DNA of 64,000 nt, taken from contig CBDAQI010000001.1 of NCBI GenBank assembly GCA_965198945.1, forward strand, positions 160,001 through 224,000, given 5' to 3'. The notes below the pieces were generated by a model. That model made no database searches, was not told the DNA's origin, and worked only from the letters and a program-made list of their open reading frames with translations. The position numbers were made by a program, and so were the translations under genes. Origin of the DNA: Thermodesulfobacteriota bacterium. Its GTDB lineage: Bacteria > Desulfobacterota_D > UBA1144 > Nemesobacterales > Mycalebacteriaceae. This document shows positions 9,629 through 21,959 of this stretch, piece after piece (the first letter of the stretch is position 1; every line of letters starts with the position of its first letter).

Positions 9629-10305
9629 ATGCCAACAGCAGTTCTTGTTGATGCCGCATTTTTTCTGAATAGGTTGCCTAAAGTCTATTATAAAGATTTT
9701 TCGTCTCCGTATTCCTCAAATGACCCAAAGGCTGTTAGTAAAAAATTGCATGAGATGGCATTGTCTCATTTAAATCAAAGAGATTCAGAGAAAAAGCGAA
9801 GCCTTTACAGAATTATCGTGTATGACTGTCCACCACTTGAGAAAAGAGCGCATAAGCCTATAACCAAAGAAAACTTGACTTTTCAAGCACACCGGCCGCG
9901 CAATTCAGAAAAAAATTTCACGAAAAACTAAAGGGAATGAGGAAGGTAGCTCTCAGGCTTGGAAGTCTTTCAGATAAGAACAGGTGGATAATCAATTCCA
10001 ACAGAATTGGAAAAGTTTTGGATTGTAAGGAAAAACTTACCGACGATGATTTTATCTATGATGTGTCTCAAAAAGGCGTTGATATGAAGATAGGACTTGA
10101 CATCGCAAGTCTGTCTCTCAAAAAGCTTGTTGACCAAATCATTCTTGTTTCCGGAGATAGTGACTTTGTTCCGGCTGCAAAACTTGCCCGCCGAGAAGGT
10201 ATTGATTTTGTGCTTGACCCTATGTGGAGCCCTATCAATAGAGATTTGTATGAACATATAGATTGCTTGCATTCAACATGTCCTAAACCACCTATTTCAC
10301 AATGA
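9629..10305 (+). CDS. NYN-domain (PIN-like, LabA/DUF88) RNase, split by a 1-nt deletion in an A-run at ~9870
   Basis: AVLVDAAFF, YRIIVYDCPP, QKGVDMKIGLDIA, LVSGDSDFVPAAKLARREG. Adding one A gives the continuous DFSSTPAAQFRKKFHEKLKGMRKVALRLG. Confidence 0.85.
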
Positions 10306-10321
10306 AAACAAATTATTATTT

Positions 10322-12025
10322 TTAACCCTCCGCCAGCGCATTGTTATACGCCTCAATAACATCTCTTCTGGAAAGTATTCCCACAATCTTTTTTGACTCT
10401 TTTGATTCAACGACTGGGAGGATTTCGGCGGGCTTTTGTCCGAGGATTTTCACCACTTCGTAGAGATTGTCGTCCGGGCGGACGGTTGTTACTTCAAGAG
10501 TCGCAAACTCTTTCACCAGCAGCAAATCTTTCAAATCCTCCTGAAAAAGCCACTGACGGAAGTCCTGTATTGAAACTATACCTGACAGCATCCCCCCGGA
10601 ATCCACAATGGGGAAGGTGGTGAATCTGCTTTTCGGCAAATGCTCAATGAGTTTTCTCAAACTCGTATTTTCATCAATGGTTTCAATGTTTGTCCTCATC
10701 ACGTCTCTCACACGCAGTGAGTGCAGGTTTTCACTCTCTATGCCGCTGATTTCAACCCCCTCTTTTTTCAATTCAAGCATCTCTATTGACCCTCCGGCAA
10801 GCGCGCGTGCCAGCGTCCAGCTCGTAACCACACATGCCATTGCGGGCACTATGATTTGATAACTGTGGGTCATTTCCAGTATCAAAAATATGGAAGTCAG
10901 CGGAGCGTGCGTAATTGCGGCGAGAAACGCTCCCATGCCGACCGTCACACAGACCGCCGGAACATTGCCCGGAGCCGTCGTGAATGTTGAGACAAGCTTT
11001 GAAAACAACCCTCCGGTTGCGGCCCCCATGAATATGGCGGGGGCAAACAGCCCGCCCGGCCATCCGGAGCCCACGGTTACGGAAGTGGCGACGGGTTTGA
11101 GAAGAAAAATCAGAGCGAGCGGAACAAGAGCCAGTTCTCTTTTCAAAATTTCCTGCACATGTTCGTAGCCGTTGCCGAGTGTGTCGGGCGAAGCGATTGC
11201 CAGCCCGCCCAGAATCGCCGCGCCTGAGAAAAGACGCAATTTTCTGTCCCCTATTTTCAGAAAGAGGTTCTCGGTTGCGGAAAACATTTTTATAAAGCCC
11301 GTTGCGAGAACCCCGGTTACAATTCCGAGTGGCAGATAGAAAATTGCCAGTTCATGCAAATTAAAGGCCTGGCCGGAAAAATCCGGCATTTCAAAAACGG
11401 GTCTGTCTCCCCTGAGAAAATACGATACGGCGGTTGCGGTCGCAGACGATATGACGATTGGAATAAATGTGGCCGACCTCAGATTTCTCAGCAGAACTAT
11501 TTCTTCGGAAAACATCACTCCCGCAATCGGGGCATTGAAAGTTGCGGCAATTGCACCGGAAGTTCCGCATGCTATAAAAGTTCTGATGTTTGATTTGGAA
11601 AGCCCCATCCGCGCCCCTAAAGCGCTGCCGATGGCTCCGCCCGCCTGTGCTATAGGGCCCTCCTGCCCGGCGGAGCCGCCGAAGCCGAGTGTCACAACGG
11701 AGGCGACCGTGCGCGCAATCGCTTCGCGTCCTCTGATTATTCCGCTTCCGAGGTTGATTTGTTCAATAAATCTCGGAAAACCGAATCCCAGCAGGTCGGA
11801 GGGCGCAAAAGGGATTTTTGAGATTCCAAACAGCAGGGCCGCTCCGGCAAAAAGTGGTAGAAACAAACGGACACCGCCTTCTGCAAAGGGCTTGACCGCA
11901 AGTTCATACAGACTTTCATATGATGTTACAAACAGATGGTTGACAACTCCGGCGGCTATTCCTATCAGCACCGCGCCGGTTATGAGAATCGTCTGCTCTT
12001 TTGACACAGAGCCGTTTTTTTTCAT
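10322..12025 (-). CDS. CLC-family chloride channel/transporter with two C-terminal CBS domains
   Basis: GGSAGQEGP, ATFNAPIAG, GGLFAP, HAPLTSI, CBS pair (VRDVM..., GILSRRDVI). Confidence 0.9.
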   Translation of the reverse strand: MKKNGSVSKEQTILITGAVLIGIAAGVVNHLFVTSYESLYELAVKPFAEGGVRLFLPLFAGAALLFGISKIPFAPSDLLGFGFPRFIEQINLGSGIIRGREAIARTVASVVTLGFGGSAGQEGPIAQAGGAIGSALGARMGLSKSNIRTFIACGTSGAIAATFNAPIAGVMFSEEIVLLRNLRSATFIPIVISSATATAVSYFLRGDRPVFEMPDFSGQAFNLHELAIFYLPLGIVTGVLATGFIKMFSATENLFLKIGDRKLRLFSGAAILGGLAIASPDTLGNGYEHVQEILKRELALVPLALIFLLKPVATSVTVGSGWPGGLFAPAIFMGAATGGLFSKLVSTFTTAPGNVPAVCVTVGMGAFLAAITHAPLTSIFLILEMTHSYQIIVPAMACVVTSWTLARALAGGSIEMLELKKEGVEISGIESENLHSLRVRDVMRTNIETIDENTSLRKLIEHLPKSRFTTFPIVDSGGMLSGIVSIQDFRQWLFQEDLKDLLLVKEFATLEVTTVRPDDNLYEVVKILGQKPAEILPVVESKESKKIVGILSRRDVIEAYNNALAEG

Positions 12026-12111
12026 TTAAGCCCCGCCCGGCATTGACACCAAAACACCTTGATATAAAGTTTGTGCTGAAAATTTCCGCCTGCGGGCCGG
12101 ATGCCATACCA

Positions 12112-13395
12112 ATGACACAAGAAACCCTGCACGGCGCACAGCACTTATCCGTAACCGATTTTCTACTGATTTTATCCCTTGTGCTTGTTGCAGCCAAGTT
12201 TTTTGGTGAAATAGCTGAGCGTTTTAAGCAGTCGGCCGTTCTGGGGGAACTTCTGGCGGGTGTTGTTATGGGCGCGAGCGTTCTGGCCGTCATGCCCTCC
12301 TCACCGTCAGAGACGGGTTATCATACTTTCCATATTATTGCCGAACTCGCCGTTGTTGTGCTTCTCTTTGAGATAGGGCTTGAGACTAAATTAAAGGAAA
12401 TTTTGAAAGTCGGTCCCGTCTCGCTCCTTGTCGCAATTATTGGAATTGCAGCTCCTTTCTCTCTGGGTTTTATTTCCGTTTACGCGCTTGCCGCTTACGA
12501 GATCATGGGACTCGGCGGAGACGGCACTTTTCTCATCGCGGTAACCGTCGGAGCGACTTTAACGGCGACAAGTGTGGGAATAACGGCAAGGGTTCTCTCG
12601 GATTTGAACCAGCTCGGCTCTCCCGAATCAAAGATCATAATCGGAGCGGCGGTCATAGATGACGTGGTGGGTCTTATAATACTGAGTATTGTGAGCGGCC
12701 TCATACAGGCTCAGGGTGCTGCGGGAGCAGTCTCTTTCTCCCACATTGCGCTTATTACCGGAAAAGCTTTTGGTTTTCTGTTTCTGGCGGTTTTTCTGGG
12801 CAATCTTGTGGTTGTCAGGGTTTTCTCTTTGCTTGAACGCCTCAAAGGCAGGGGAATTCTGACGGTTGCCGCTCTTTGCATCGCTTTTTTCTATGCATAT
12901 GCGGGACAGTATTTTGCGGGTGTGGCTCCGATAGTGGGAGCGTTTGCGGCGGGTCTTGTTATCAGAAAAACACCTCATTTTCAGACGGTTGAGGCCGGTG
13001 TGAGAAACATTTCGGATTTTCTCGTCCCGGTATTTTTTGTCGCGGTCGGAGCCCAGGTGGACGTGGGGGTTCTCAACCCGCTGTCCGATGGCAACTCTCA
13101 AGTGCTTGCCGTGGCTGTGGCGCTGTTTGTTGTGGCTTTTGCGGGCAAATACGTTAGTTCTCTCGTGGCTTTCGGTTCCGGCATAAGAAAAAACATTGTG
13201 GGAATAGGTATGATACCGCGCGGGGAAGTGGGCTTGATTTTTGCGCAGATTGGCTACAATAACGGAAACGGAGTTTTTGATAAAAGATTTTTTTCGGCGA
13301 TTGTATTGACGGTTATGCTTACAACTTTTGTAGTGCCTCCTTTATTGCAGAGGGGTTTCGGGAAAACTTCAGGTGATTCGGAACCGGTTTCATAG
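12112..13395 (+). CDS. Cation:proton antiporter, CPA2 (NapA/GerN-like)
   Basis: LGELLAG, LFEIGLE, ATSVGIT, AAVIDD, GMIPRGEVGLIFA. The ATG at 12112 avoids overlap with the CLC gene. Confidence 0.9.
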   Translation: MTQETLHGAQHLSVTDFLLILSLVLVAAKFFGEIAERFKQSAVLGELLAGVVMGASVLAVMPSSPSETGYHTFHIIAELAVVVLLFEIGLETKLKEILKVGPVSLLVAIIGIAAPFSLGFISVYALAAYEIMGLGGDGTFLIAVTVGATLTATSVGITARVLSDLNQLGSPESKIIIGAAVIDDVVGLIILSIVSGLIQAQGAAGAVSFSHIALITGKAFGFLFLAVFLGNLVVVRVFSLLERLKGRGILTVAALCIAFFYAYAGQYFAGVAPIVGAFAAGLVIRKTPHFQTVEAGVRNISDFLVPVFFVAVGAQVDVGVLNPLSDGNSQVLAVAVALFVVAFAGKYVSSLVAFGSGIRKNIVGIGMIPRGEVGLIFAQIGYNNGNGVFDKRFFSAIVLTVMLTTFVVPPLLQRGFGKTSGDSEPVS

Positions 13396-13431
13396 CGGTT
13401 TTTGATACTTCCCATAAGCACGGGAAACATT

Positions 13432-13932
13432 ATGAGATTTTTTATTACGGTAATATTTTCGGCCTTTGCTCTCGGTTCGCCGCGTGTTTTTGCCGCGGAT
13501 GATCTGATAACGGCGGACAAAACGCTGTTTGTGCAGTTTGCCATTTTTCTTGTCGCTCTTTATCTGCTGAATATTCTGTTCTTCAGGCCCCTTGTGGAAC
13601 TTGCCGACAGAAGAGAGAAAGCGACTTCTGGATCAGGGAAAGAGGCGGACGAGCTTGTGAAAAAAGCCGAGGAGATGACCGGGCAATACAGCGCCGCCCT
13701 CAGCGAAGCCAGAAATGCTGCCCTTGAAGAGAGGGCTCGCATCACGAAGTCCGCTCTCGCCGAGGCGGAGAAAATAGTTTTTTCGGCGAGGGAAGAGGCT
13801 CACAGTATTTTTGAAAAACGCGCCGCCGAGCTTTCCGTTCAGACCGAAAAAGCGAGAGCGGAGATGAAGTCGGAAGTGGAAACTATGACGGCGATGATAG
13901 TTCAGGCCGTGGAGGAACCGAAAGATGTTTGA
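13432..13932 (+). CDS. ATP synthase F0 subunit b'
   Basis: DKTLFVQFAIFLVALYLLNILFFRPL TM helix plus coiled coil; first gene of the atp cluster. Confidence 0.85.
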   Translation: MRFFITVIFSAFALGSPRVFAADDLITADKTLFVQFAIFLVALYLLNILFFRPLVELADRREKATSGSGKEADELVKKAEEMTGQYSAALSEARNAALEERARITKSALAEAEKIVFSAREEAHSIFEKRAAELSVQTEKARAEMKSEVETMTAMIVQAVEEPKDV

Positions 13933-14479
13933 AGTCAACCTGCTTGCGGCCGCCGGTGGGGCTGCCGGTTCAGGGGTTCATTTTGACTGGGTGTATGTGG
14001 GCAAGCACGCTCTCAACCTTGCTATTCTTTTGGGCGCGCTTTTCTACCTTCTCAAAGACCCGGTTTCAAATTTTATGAAATCCCGCAGACGGGCAATGTC
14101 GGAGAAATTTGAAGAGTCGGGAAGAAAGCTGAACGAGGCAAAAAAACTTTTTGAAGAATGCTCAGCAAAGCTTGAGGCCCTCAAATCCGAGACGGATTCC
14201 ATCAAATCATCAATTATTTCCAGGGGTGAAAGGGAGAGAGAGGCAATTCTGCAACACGCGCGCGAGGAGAGGGAGGCGATACTGGGGGATGTTGAAAACA
14301 ACCTTGAACTTGCGGTCGCAAACTCAAAAGCGGAAATAAGAACGGAGACGATTGCCGCTGCGGTTGAAGCGGCCGGCCGGGTTTTGAAACAGAGGGCTCC
14401 GTCGGGCGGGAGTTCGGTTCCGGTCAAAACTTTTGAGACTCTTTTGAAGGAGGGCAAATGGCTTCATTCGCAAAATTGA
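13925..14479 (+). CDS. atpF: ATP synthase F0 subunit b
   Basis: LNLAILLGALFYLLKDPV plus coiled coil; operon position. Confidence 0.85.
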   Translation: MFEVNLLAAAGGAAGSGVHFDWVYVGKHALNLAILLGALFYLLKDPVSNFMKSRRRAMSEKFEESGRKLNEAKKLFEECSAKLEALKSETDSIKSSIISRGEREREAILQHAREEREAILGDVENNLELAVANSKAEIRTETIAAAVEAAGRVLKQRAPSGGSSVPVKTFETLLKEGKWLHSQN

Positions 14480-15003
14480 AAAATTTGGTTGATGCTCTTG
14501 TGTCGTCTTGCGGTGACTCGGAGCAATCTCTTGAAGACTGCGTATCGGGTCTTGAGATTTTTTTCGGTAACATTGAAAGTCACCCGTCTCTGAAAAAAGC
14601 TCTTGAGAGCCCGGTCATAAAGCCCGAAGAAAAAATTCTGATTGTGAAGGATATTTGCACCGCGCGTGGTTTTCCCGCAATCCTGCAAAATTTTCTCGCG
14701 GCGGTTGCCGGGTTTGACAGACTCAAACCCCTTTACGCCCGCCGCCGTGAAGTTCTGGAAAAGCTCCGCGCCTCGTCCGGCTCAGTGAGAGCGGCGGTTA
14801 CGGTCGCACGTCCCATGAGCACTGAGGACGAACACCGCGTAAGGGATGCGGTGTCGCTTCTTGCGCAGGGACGAAAATCAGAGGTTGAGTTCACCGAAGA
14901 TTCGGAGATAATAGGCGGGATAATTGTGAGGATTGGAAACAGTGTTTACGATGACAGTGTCAAAACACATCTGGCAAAGATGAGCGCTTTGCTCTCAAAA
15001 TAG
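14458..15003 (+). CDS. atpH: ATP synthase delta subunit
   Basis: LESPVI, NFL, DSEIIGGIIVRIGNSVYDDSV. Confidence 0.9.
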   Translation: MASFAKLKNLVDALVSSCGDSEQSLEDCVSGLEIFFGNIESHPSLKKALESPVIKPEEKILIVKDICTARGFPAILQNFLAAVAGFDRLKPLYARRREVLEKLRASSGSVRAAVTVARPMSTEDEHRVRDAVSLLAQGRKSEVEFTEDSEIIGGIIVRIGNSVYDDSVKTHLAKMSALLSK

Positions 15004-15033
15004 GCGCCGCCTGAAAAACCAAAGGAGATAAAA

Positions 15034-16563
15034 ATGCAAGACAGCATCAAAGTTGACGACATAGGCGAAATACTCAGAAAAAGAATAAGCGGTTACGAGC
15101 GCAGTTTTGAGACTTCCGAGGTTGGAACCGTTGTTTCGGTCGGAGACGGTATCGCCAGGGTTTACGGTCTTGACAACGCGGTCGCGGGCGAGCTTGTGGA
15201 TTTTCCGGGCGGCATAAAAGGACTTGTTCTCAACCTTGAGGAAGACAATGTCGGAGTGGCGCTGTTTGGCGAGGAAAAGGAAGTCAACCAGGGAGATGTC
15301 GTAAAACGCACGGGCACTATCGCTCAAATTCCGGTCGGTGAAGCCATGCTCGGAAGGGTTGTGAACTCTCTCGGAGTTCCGGTGGACGGCAAGGGAGAAA
15401 TTCAGACATCCGAGGTGAGAAACCTTGAGATAAAGGCTCCGGGTGTTGTTTTCAGAAAATCCGTCAACCAGCCTCTCCAGACCGGCATAAAGGCGATTGA
15501 TTCAATGATACCAATCGGAAGAGGGCAGAGAGAGCTTATTCTCGGTGACAGACAGACGGGCAAAACCGCGATTGCGATTGACACCATAATCAACCAGAAA
15601 GGCGGCGATGTCAGTTGTATATATGTTGCCATCGGGCAGAAAAAGTCCAATGTGGCCCAAGTCGTGGACAAACTCAAGCAGCACGGCGCTATGGAGTATA
15701 CGACCGTTGTCACGGCTTCCGCAAGCGAGCCGGCACCTTTCCAGTTTATAGCTCCGTATTCGGGCTGTGCTCTCGGAGAATACTTCAGAGACAACGGAAA
15801 ACACGCTCTTGTAATTTACGATGACCTCACAAAACACGCATGGGCCTACAGGCAGCTTTCTCTTCTGCTCAAACGCCCTCCGGGCCGCGAAGCGTATCCG
15901 GGGGATGTTTTCTACCTGCATTCACGCCTTCTTGAACGCGCGGCGAAAACGAGAGATGAAGACGGCGGCGGTTCGCTTACCGCTCTTCCCATAATTGAAA
16001 CTCAGGCGGGAGATGTTTCCGCCTACATACCCACAAACGTTATATCCATAACCGACGGTCAGATATATCTTGAGAGCAACCTTTTCTATTCGGGAGTGAG
16101 GCCCGCGATTAACGTCGGGCTTTCAGTTTCAAGGGTCGGCGGTTCCGCTCAGGTAAAAGCCATGAAAAAAGTCGCAGGAACCCTGCGTCTTGAACTGGCC
16201 CAATACAGGGAGGTTGAGGCGTTTTCCCAGTTTGCATCAGACCTTGACAAAATCACCCAGGATCAGCTCTCCAGAGGTGAGCGGCTGGTTGAAATTTTAA
16301 AACAGGATCAGTTCGTTCCGCTTCCCGTTGAAAAACAGGTGCTTTCAATATTCGCCGTCACAAAGGGGTATCTGGATGAACACCCCGTCTCTTCGGTGCG
16401 TGTGTATGAAAAAGAGCTTTTTGATTTCTTTGAATCAAAGCACAAAGGCCTTCTTGATGAGATCAGGGACAAAAAGGAAATATCAGCCGAGCTTGAGCCC
16501 CGCGTTATAGAGGCTCTTGATGAATTGAAACCGCAGACCGCAAATCTGTCCGAAGCCGGGTGA
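15034..16563 (+). CDS. atpA: ATP synthase alpha subunit
   Basis: [40 protein letters not shown]. Confidence 0.99.
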   Translation: MQDSIKVDDIGEILRKRISGYERSFETSEVGTVVSVGDGIARVYGLDNAVAGELVDFPGGIKGLVLNLEEDNVGVALFGEEKEVNQGDVVKRTGTIAQIPVGEAMLGRVVNSLGVPVDGKGEIQTSEVRNLEIKAPGVVFRKSVNQPLQTGIKAIDSMIPIGRGQRELILGDRQTGKTAIAIDTIINQKGGDVSCIYVAIGQKKSNVAQVVDKLKQHGAMEYTTVVTASASEPAPFQFIAPYSGCALGEYFRDNGKHALVIYDDLTKHAWAYRQLSLLLKRPPGREAYPGDVFYLHSRLLERAAKTRDEDGGGSLTALPIIETQAGDVSAYIPTNVISITDGQIYLESNLFYSGVRPAINVGLSVSRVGGSAQVKAMKKVAGTLRLELAQYREVEAFSQFASDLDKITQDQLSRGERLVEILKQDQFVPLPVEKQVLSIFAVTKGYLDEHPVSSVRVYEKELFDFFESKHKGLLDEIRDKKEISAELEPRVIEALDELKPQTANLSEAG

Positions 16564-16573
16564 GAATTGTAAA

Positions 16574-18854
<2,281 letters not shown>

Positions 18855-18883
18855 TGACGGGAATCCCGAAGCGGTAAGGTACT

Positions 18884-19165
18884 TTGGCAAGCGAAACACT
18901 AACACTGAAGGTTATCACTCCGTCCGGGCTCGCCCTTGAGGAGGTTGTTGAAAGCGTTGTTCTCAAAGGCGATTTGGGAGAATTCGGTATTCTTGCGGGA
19001 CACGTTCCGATGGTGTCAACTCTTATTGAGGGTGAAATCAGGTATGTGAACTCAGAGGGTGAAAAAACCTTTCTCTCAGGAGGAGGCATTGCCGAAGTCG
19101 GCGGCGATGACACGGTAACGGTTCTCACACAGCTTCCGGAAAAAACCGACCCTGCTGACGCCTGA
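18884..19165 (+). CDS. atpC: ATP synthase epsilon subunit, N-terminal beta-sandwich only
   Basis: VITP, GEFGILAGH, SGGGIAEV; ends at 93 aa with no helical hairpin. Confidence 0.9.
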   Translation: MASETLTLKVITPSGLALEEVVESVVLKGDLGEFGILAGHVPMVSTLIEGEIRYVNSEGEKTFLSGGGIAEVGGDDTVTVLTQLPEKTDPADA

Positions 19166-19308
19166 AAACCAAATATCAAACATTCGGGGAAATCGTTGCG
19201 GGTTTAAGGATTTTTCTTTTTCGTCGGGGAACAAAAAACCTGACATAAATAATTTACGTCCGGTTTTTTAAGGAGGGCAGGAGGAGAGGTTTTCCCCTCT
19301 TTACAACT

Positions 19309-21765
19309 TCATCCGCACTTTGAATAACCGCATGATTTGCAGGCAACGCAACCGGACTCAAAGGCAAGTGACGGGCTGTCGCATTCCGGGCAGCGGGCAA
19401 GGTGTTTGTCTTTTGGAGAGGCTGAGGTTGTGTCAGTTCCAACAAAATGACTTTTGAGCACTGCGGCGACCGCATCCGGTATTGACATAACCAGTTTTCC
19501 CTCGGAAAACACCGGCGAATCTCCGCCGATTCCTTCAAGTTGCTCCACAATCTGTTTTGGATCAATGCCGGCTCTCAGACCGAGAGACGCGAGCCTTCCG
19601 ATTGCCTCTGCGTCCGCCATTGTTGTGTAGCCGGACTTGCCTATCTGGACAAAAACCTCAAATGGTTTTCCTTCAAAGGTGTTGACGGTAACATAGAGGT
19701 TACCGTGCCCGGTGCGCACGACTTCGGTAAAGCCGTTCAACACCTGAGGTCTTTCCTTTTTCTCCGCAGCGGCTTTTTTTGAGGGATGAGGAGACGAGGT
19801 GAGGTTGGGGTGAGTGGCTTGTAGAATCTCCCCATCCCTATCTTTTGTTTCAGCCTGCTGCTCGGTTATCAGGATGCCTTCTCTGGAACCTTCTCTGTAG
19901 ATGGTTATACCTTTGCATCCGGTTTTCCACGACTGGAAGTAGATTTTTTCAACTTCTTCCGGAGACGCATCATTCGGAAGATTGACTGTGCTTGATATGC
20001 ATGAATCTATGTGTTTTTGTATGGTCCCCTGCATTCGGACTCTGAACTCCGGCTTGATTTCGTGTGATGTGACGAATATTTCCGGCAACCCCTCTTCGTC
20101 GGAGAGGCCGAACTTATCCATATAGGAGCCGACCAGGGGGTGGTAAACCTTGAACTGCTCTTTTGAGAGAGACTCGGACCTCCTGAAGTATGAAAGGGCG
20201 AATATAGGTTCTATGCCGCTGGAAGTTCCGGCGAGAACGGAACCGCTTCCCACCGGGGGAACGGTCAGTATGCATGCGTTTCTCAACCCTTTTTCCTTAA
20301 CAGCCTTAAGCACGTCCGGATCCAGAGAGTCAAGAAAAGGACTTTTGAAATGTTTTTTCGGATCGTAAGCGGGGAAACCTCCTTTTTCTTCGGCGATTTG
20401 TGAACTGGACAGATAGACCGTGTTTTTTATGTGGCCAAAGAGCTCGTCGGTAAACTCTATCGCTTCTTCAGAGTCATATTTTTTGCCGAGCTTGGCCATC
20501 ATGTCGCCAAATCCGGTAAAGCCCACGCCTATGCGCCTTGAAAGCTGCGAGGCTTCGGTCTGAAAACCCAACGGGTGTTTCTTTTCATTGTAGTCCAGTA
20601 TGTTGTCAAGAAAGCGCACGGAATAGTGAAGAGACCTATCAAGACTTCCCCAGTCAACTCGCGCGTTTTTTGTGAATTCGTCTTTTACGAACAGACTGAG
20701 GTTGATGTTGCCGAGGCAGCAGTTTCCATAGTTCTCAAGCGCCTGTTCACTGCAGGGATTGACCCCTTCAACTTCCATTCCGCCGTATTCGGTCGGAGAG
20801 AATCGTTTGACCGCGTCCCAGAAAATCAGGCCGGGCTCCGCAGAAGACCAGGCGGAACTTACAAGCCTCCGCCATATTTTCCTCGCCTTGACGGTTTTTC
20901 TCATCCGCACTTTGTCGTTTTCATACTTAAGGTCAAAATCCCCGTCTTCTTCAACCGCCTTCATAAATTTGTCCGAAACCTTCACCGATATGTTTGCAAA
21001 TTTCACCTGAGACCTTTCTTCGTCGTCTTTTATGTCAAGAAAGTCAAAGATATCCGGGTGGCTGACATCTATTGTTATCATCAGCGCTCCCCTTCTTCCC
21101 GCCTGTCCTATTGTCCCGGTTGTGGTGGAAAGCAGTTCCATGAATGAGACTGATCCGGTGGAGTGAATGGCGGAGTTGTTCACGGGCGCTCCCTTGGGTC
21201 TCAAAACGGAAATATCCGTTCCCACGCCGCCACCGAAAGAGTAAGTTCTCGCCGCTTCCTTGCACCACTCAAAGATCCCCTCTATGGAATCTTCTTTTAT
21301 GGGCATAAAGTAGCAGTTCAGAAGAGTTGAGCGTCTTGTCTGACCGGCTCCGAAAAGCACCCTTCCTCCGGGCACAAAGCGGAAGTTTGACAAAAGCCAG
21401 TAAAATTTCTCCGTCCACTCATCTCTGAGTTCCTGTGTTTTCTCCGGAGACGCCATTTCCCTTGCAACCCGCTCCCACATCTGTTCCGGCAGGGTTTCAA
21501 CCACGTCTCCATCTTCGTCCTTGAGTGCGTATTTTTCGTAGAAAACTCTTGCGCGGAGCTCGTCTCCGCCAAAGGCTTCAACCGTTTCCTTAGGGAGCTC
21601 TTCGGGCTGTTCATCCACAACCAGCCTCGGGACATCGGGCTTTTCCTCGTTCACAAAAACGGTATCGTTTGAAAGAGACTTTGTCGGCAATTCAAATATG
21701 TTGCCGCTTTCTTTTGCCGTTTCTTCGCCTTCAATGTTGCCGTTTTCCGTTTTTTCAGAGGACAT
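19309..21765 (-). CDS. nrdJ: Adenosylcobalamin-dependent (class II) ribonucleotide reductase with TSCPD and Zn-ribbon C-terminus
   Basis: FVPGGR, LLNCY, GGGVG, RRGA, NPCSEQ, GIEP, ISSTVN, KGITIYR, terminal CPEC...CKSCGYSKCG. Start moved to ATG 21765 (purine-rich upstream; the longer ORF start overlaps the promoter). Confidence 0.93.
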   Translation of the reverse strand: MSSEKTENGNIEGEETAKESGNIFELPTKSLSNDTVFVNEEKPDVPRLVVDEQPEELPKETVEAFGGDELRARVFYEKYALKDEDGDVVETLPEQMWERVAREMASPEKTQELRDEWTEKFYWLLSNFRFVPGGRVLFGAGQTRRSTLLNCYFMPIKEDSIEGIFEWCKEAARTYSFGGGVGTDISVLRPKGAPVNNSAIHSTGSVSFMELLSTTTGTIGQAGRRGALMITIDVSHPDIFDFLDIKDDEERSQVKFANISVKVSDKFMKAVEEDGDFDLKYENDKVRMRKTVKARKIWRRLVSSAWSSAEPGLIFWDAVKRFSPTEYGGMEVEGVNPCSEQALENYGNCCLGNINLSLFVKDEFTKNARVDWGSLDRSLHYSVRFLDNILDYNEKKHPLGFQTEASQLSRRIGVGFTGFGDMMAKLGKKYDSEEAIEFTDELFGHIKNTVYLSSSQIAEEKGGFPAYDPKKHFKSPFLDSLDPDVLKAVKEKGLRNACILTVPPVGSGSVLAGTSSGIEPIFALSYFRRSESLSKEQFKVYHPLVGSYMDKFGLSDEEGLPEIFVTSHEIKPEFRVRMQGTIQKHIDSCISSTVNLPNDASPEEVEKIYFQSWKTGCKGITIYREGSREGILITEQQAETKDRDGEILQATHPNLTSSPHPSKKAAAEKKERPQVLNGFTEVVRTGHGNLYVTVNTFEGKPFEVFVQIGKSGYTTMADAEAIGRLASLGLRAGIDPKQIVEQLEGIGGDSPVFSEGKLVMSIPDAVAAVLKSHFVGTDTTSASPKDKHLARCPECDSPSLAFESGCVACKSCGYSKCG

Positions 21766-21820
21766 TGTCTTTTCCCTTATCTCCTTATCGTTTTTCTCTG
21801 CCGAGCGACAACCGTAGCTG

Positions 21821-21868
21821 TTTCCATATCTGGTGTCACAAGGGATATTAGGATACCATATATTGTGG
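21821..21868 (-). promoter_or_regulatory. Tandem NrdR boxes overlapping the nrdJ promoter
   Basis: Minus strand CCACAATATATGGTAT (21853-21868) and ACACCAGATATGGAAA (21821-21836), 32 bp apart, next to TTGACT at 21871-21876; fits acaCwAtATaTwGtgt. Confidence 0.75.
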
Positions 21869-21959
21869 TAAGTCAAGAGATATTCGGACGAAAAACGGAA
21901 ATTTTTTGAAAATTTCTTTATTTGAAGGGCTTAAGCGTGAATACTTACATAACACTTTC

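Noticed and set aside
21766..21876. 37-aa N-terminal extension of NrdJ in the ORF track
   Set aside because: It overlaps the NrdR boxes and the -35 element; ATG 21765 has a purine-rich upstream region.
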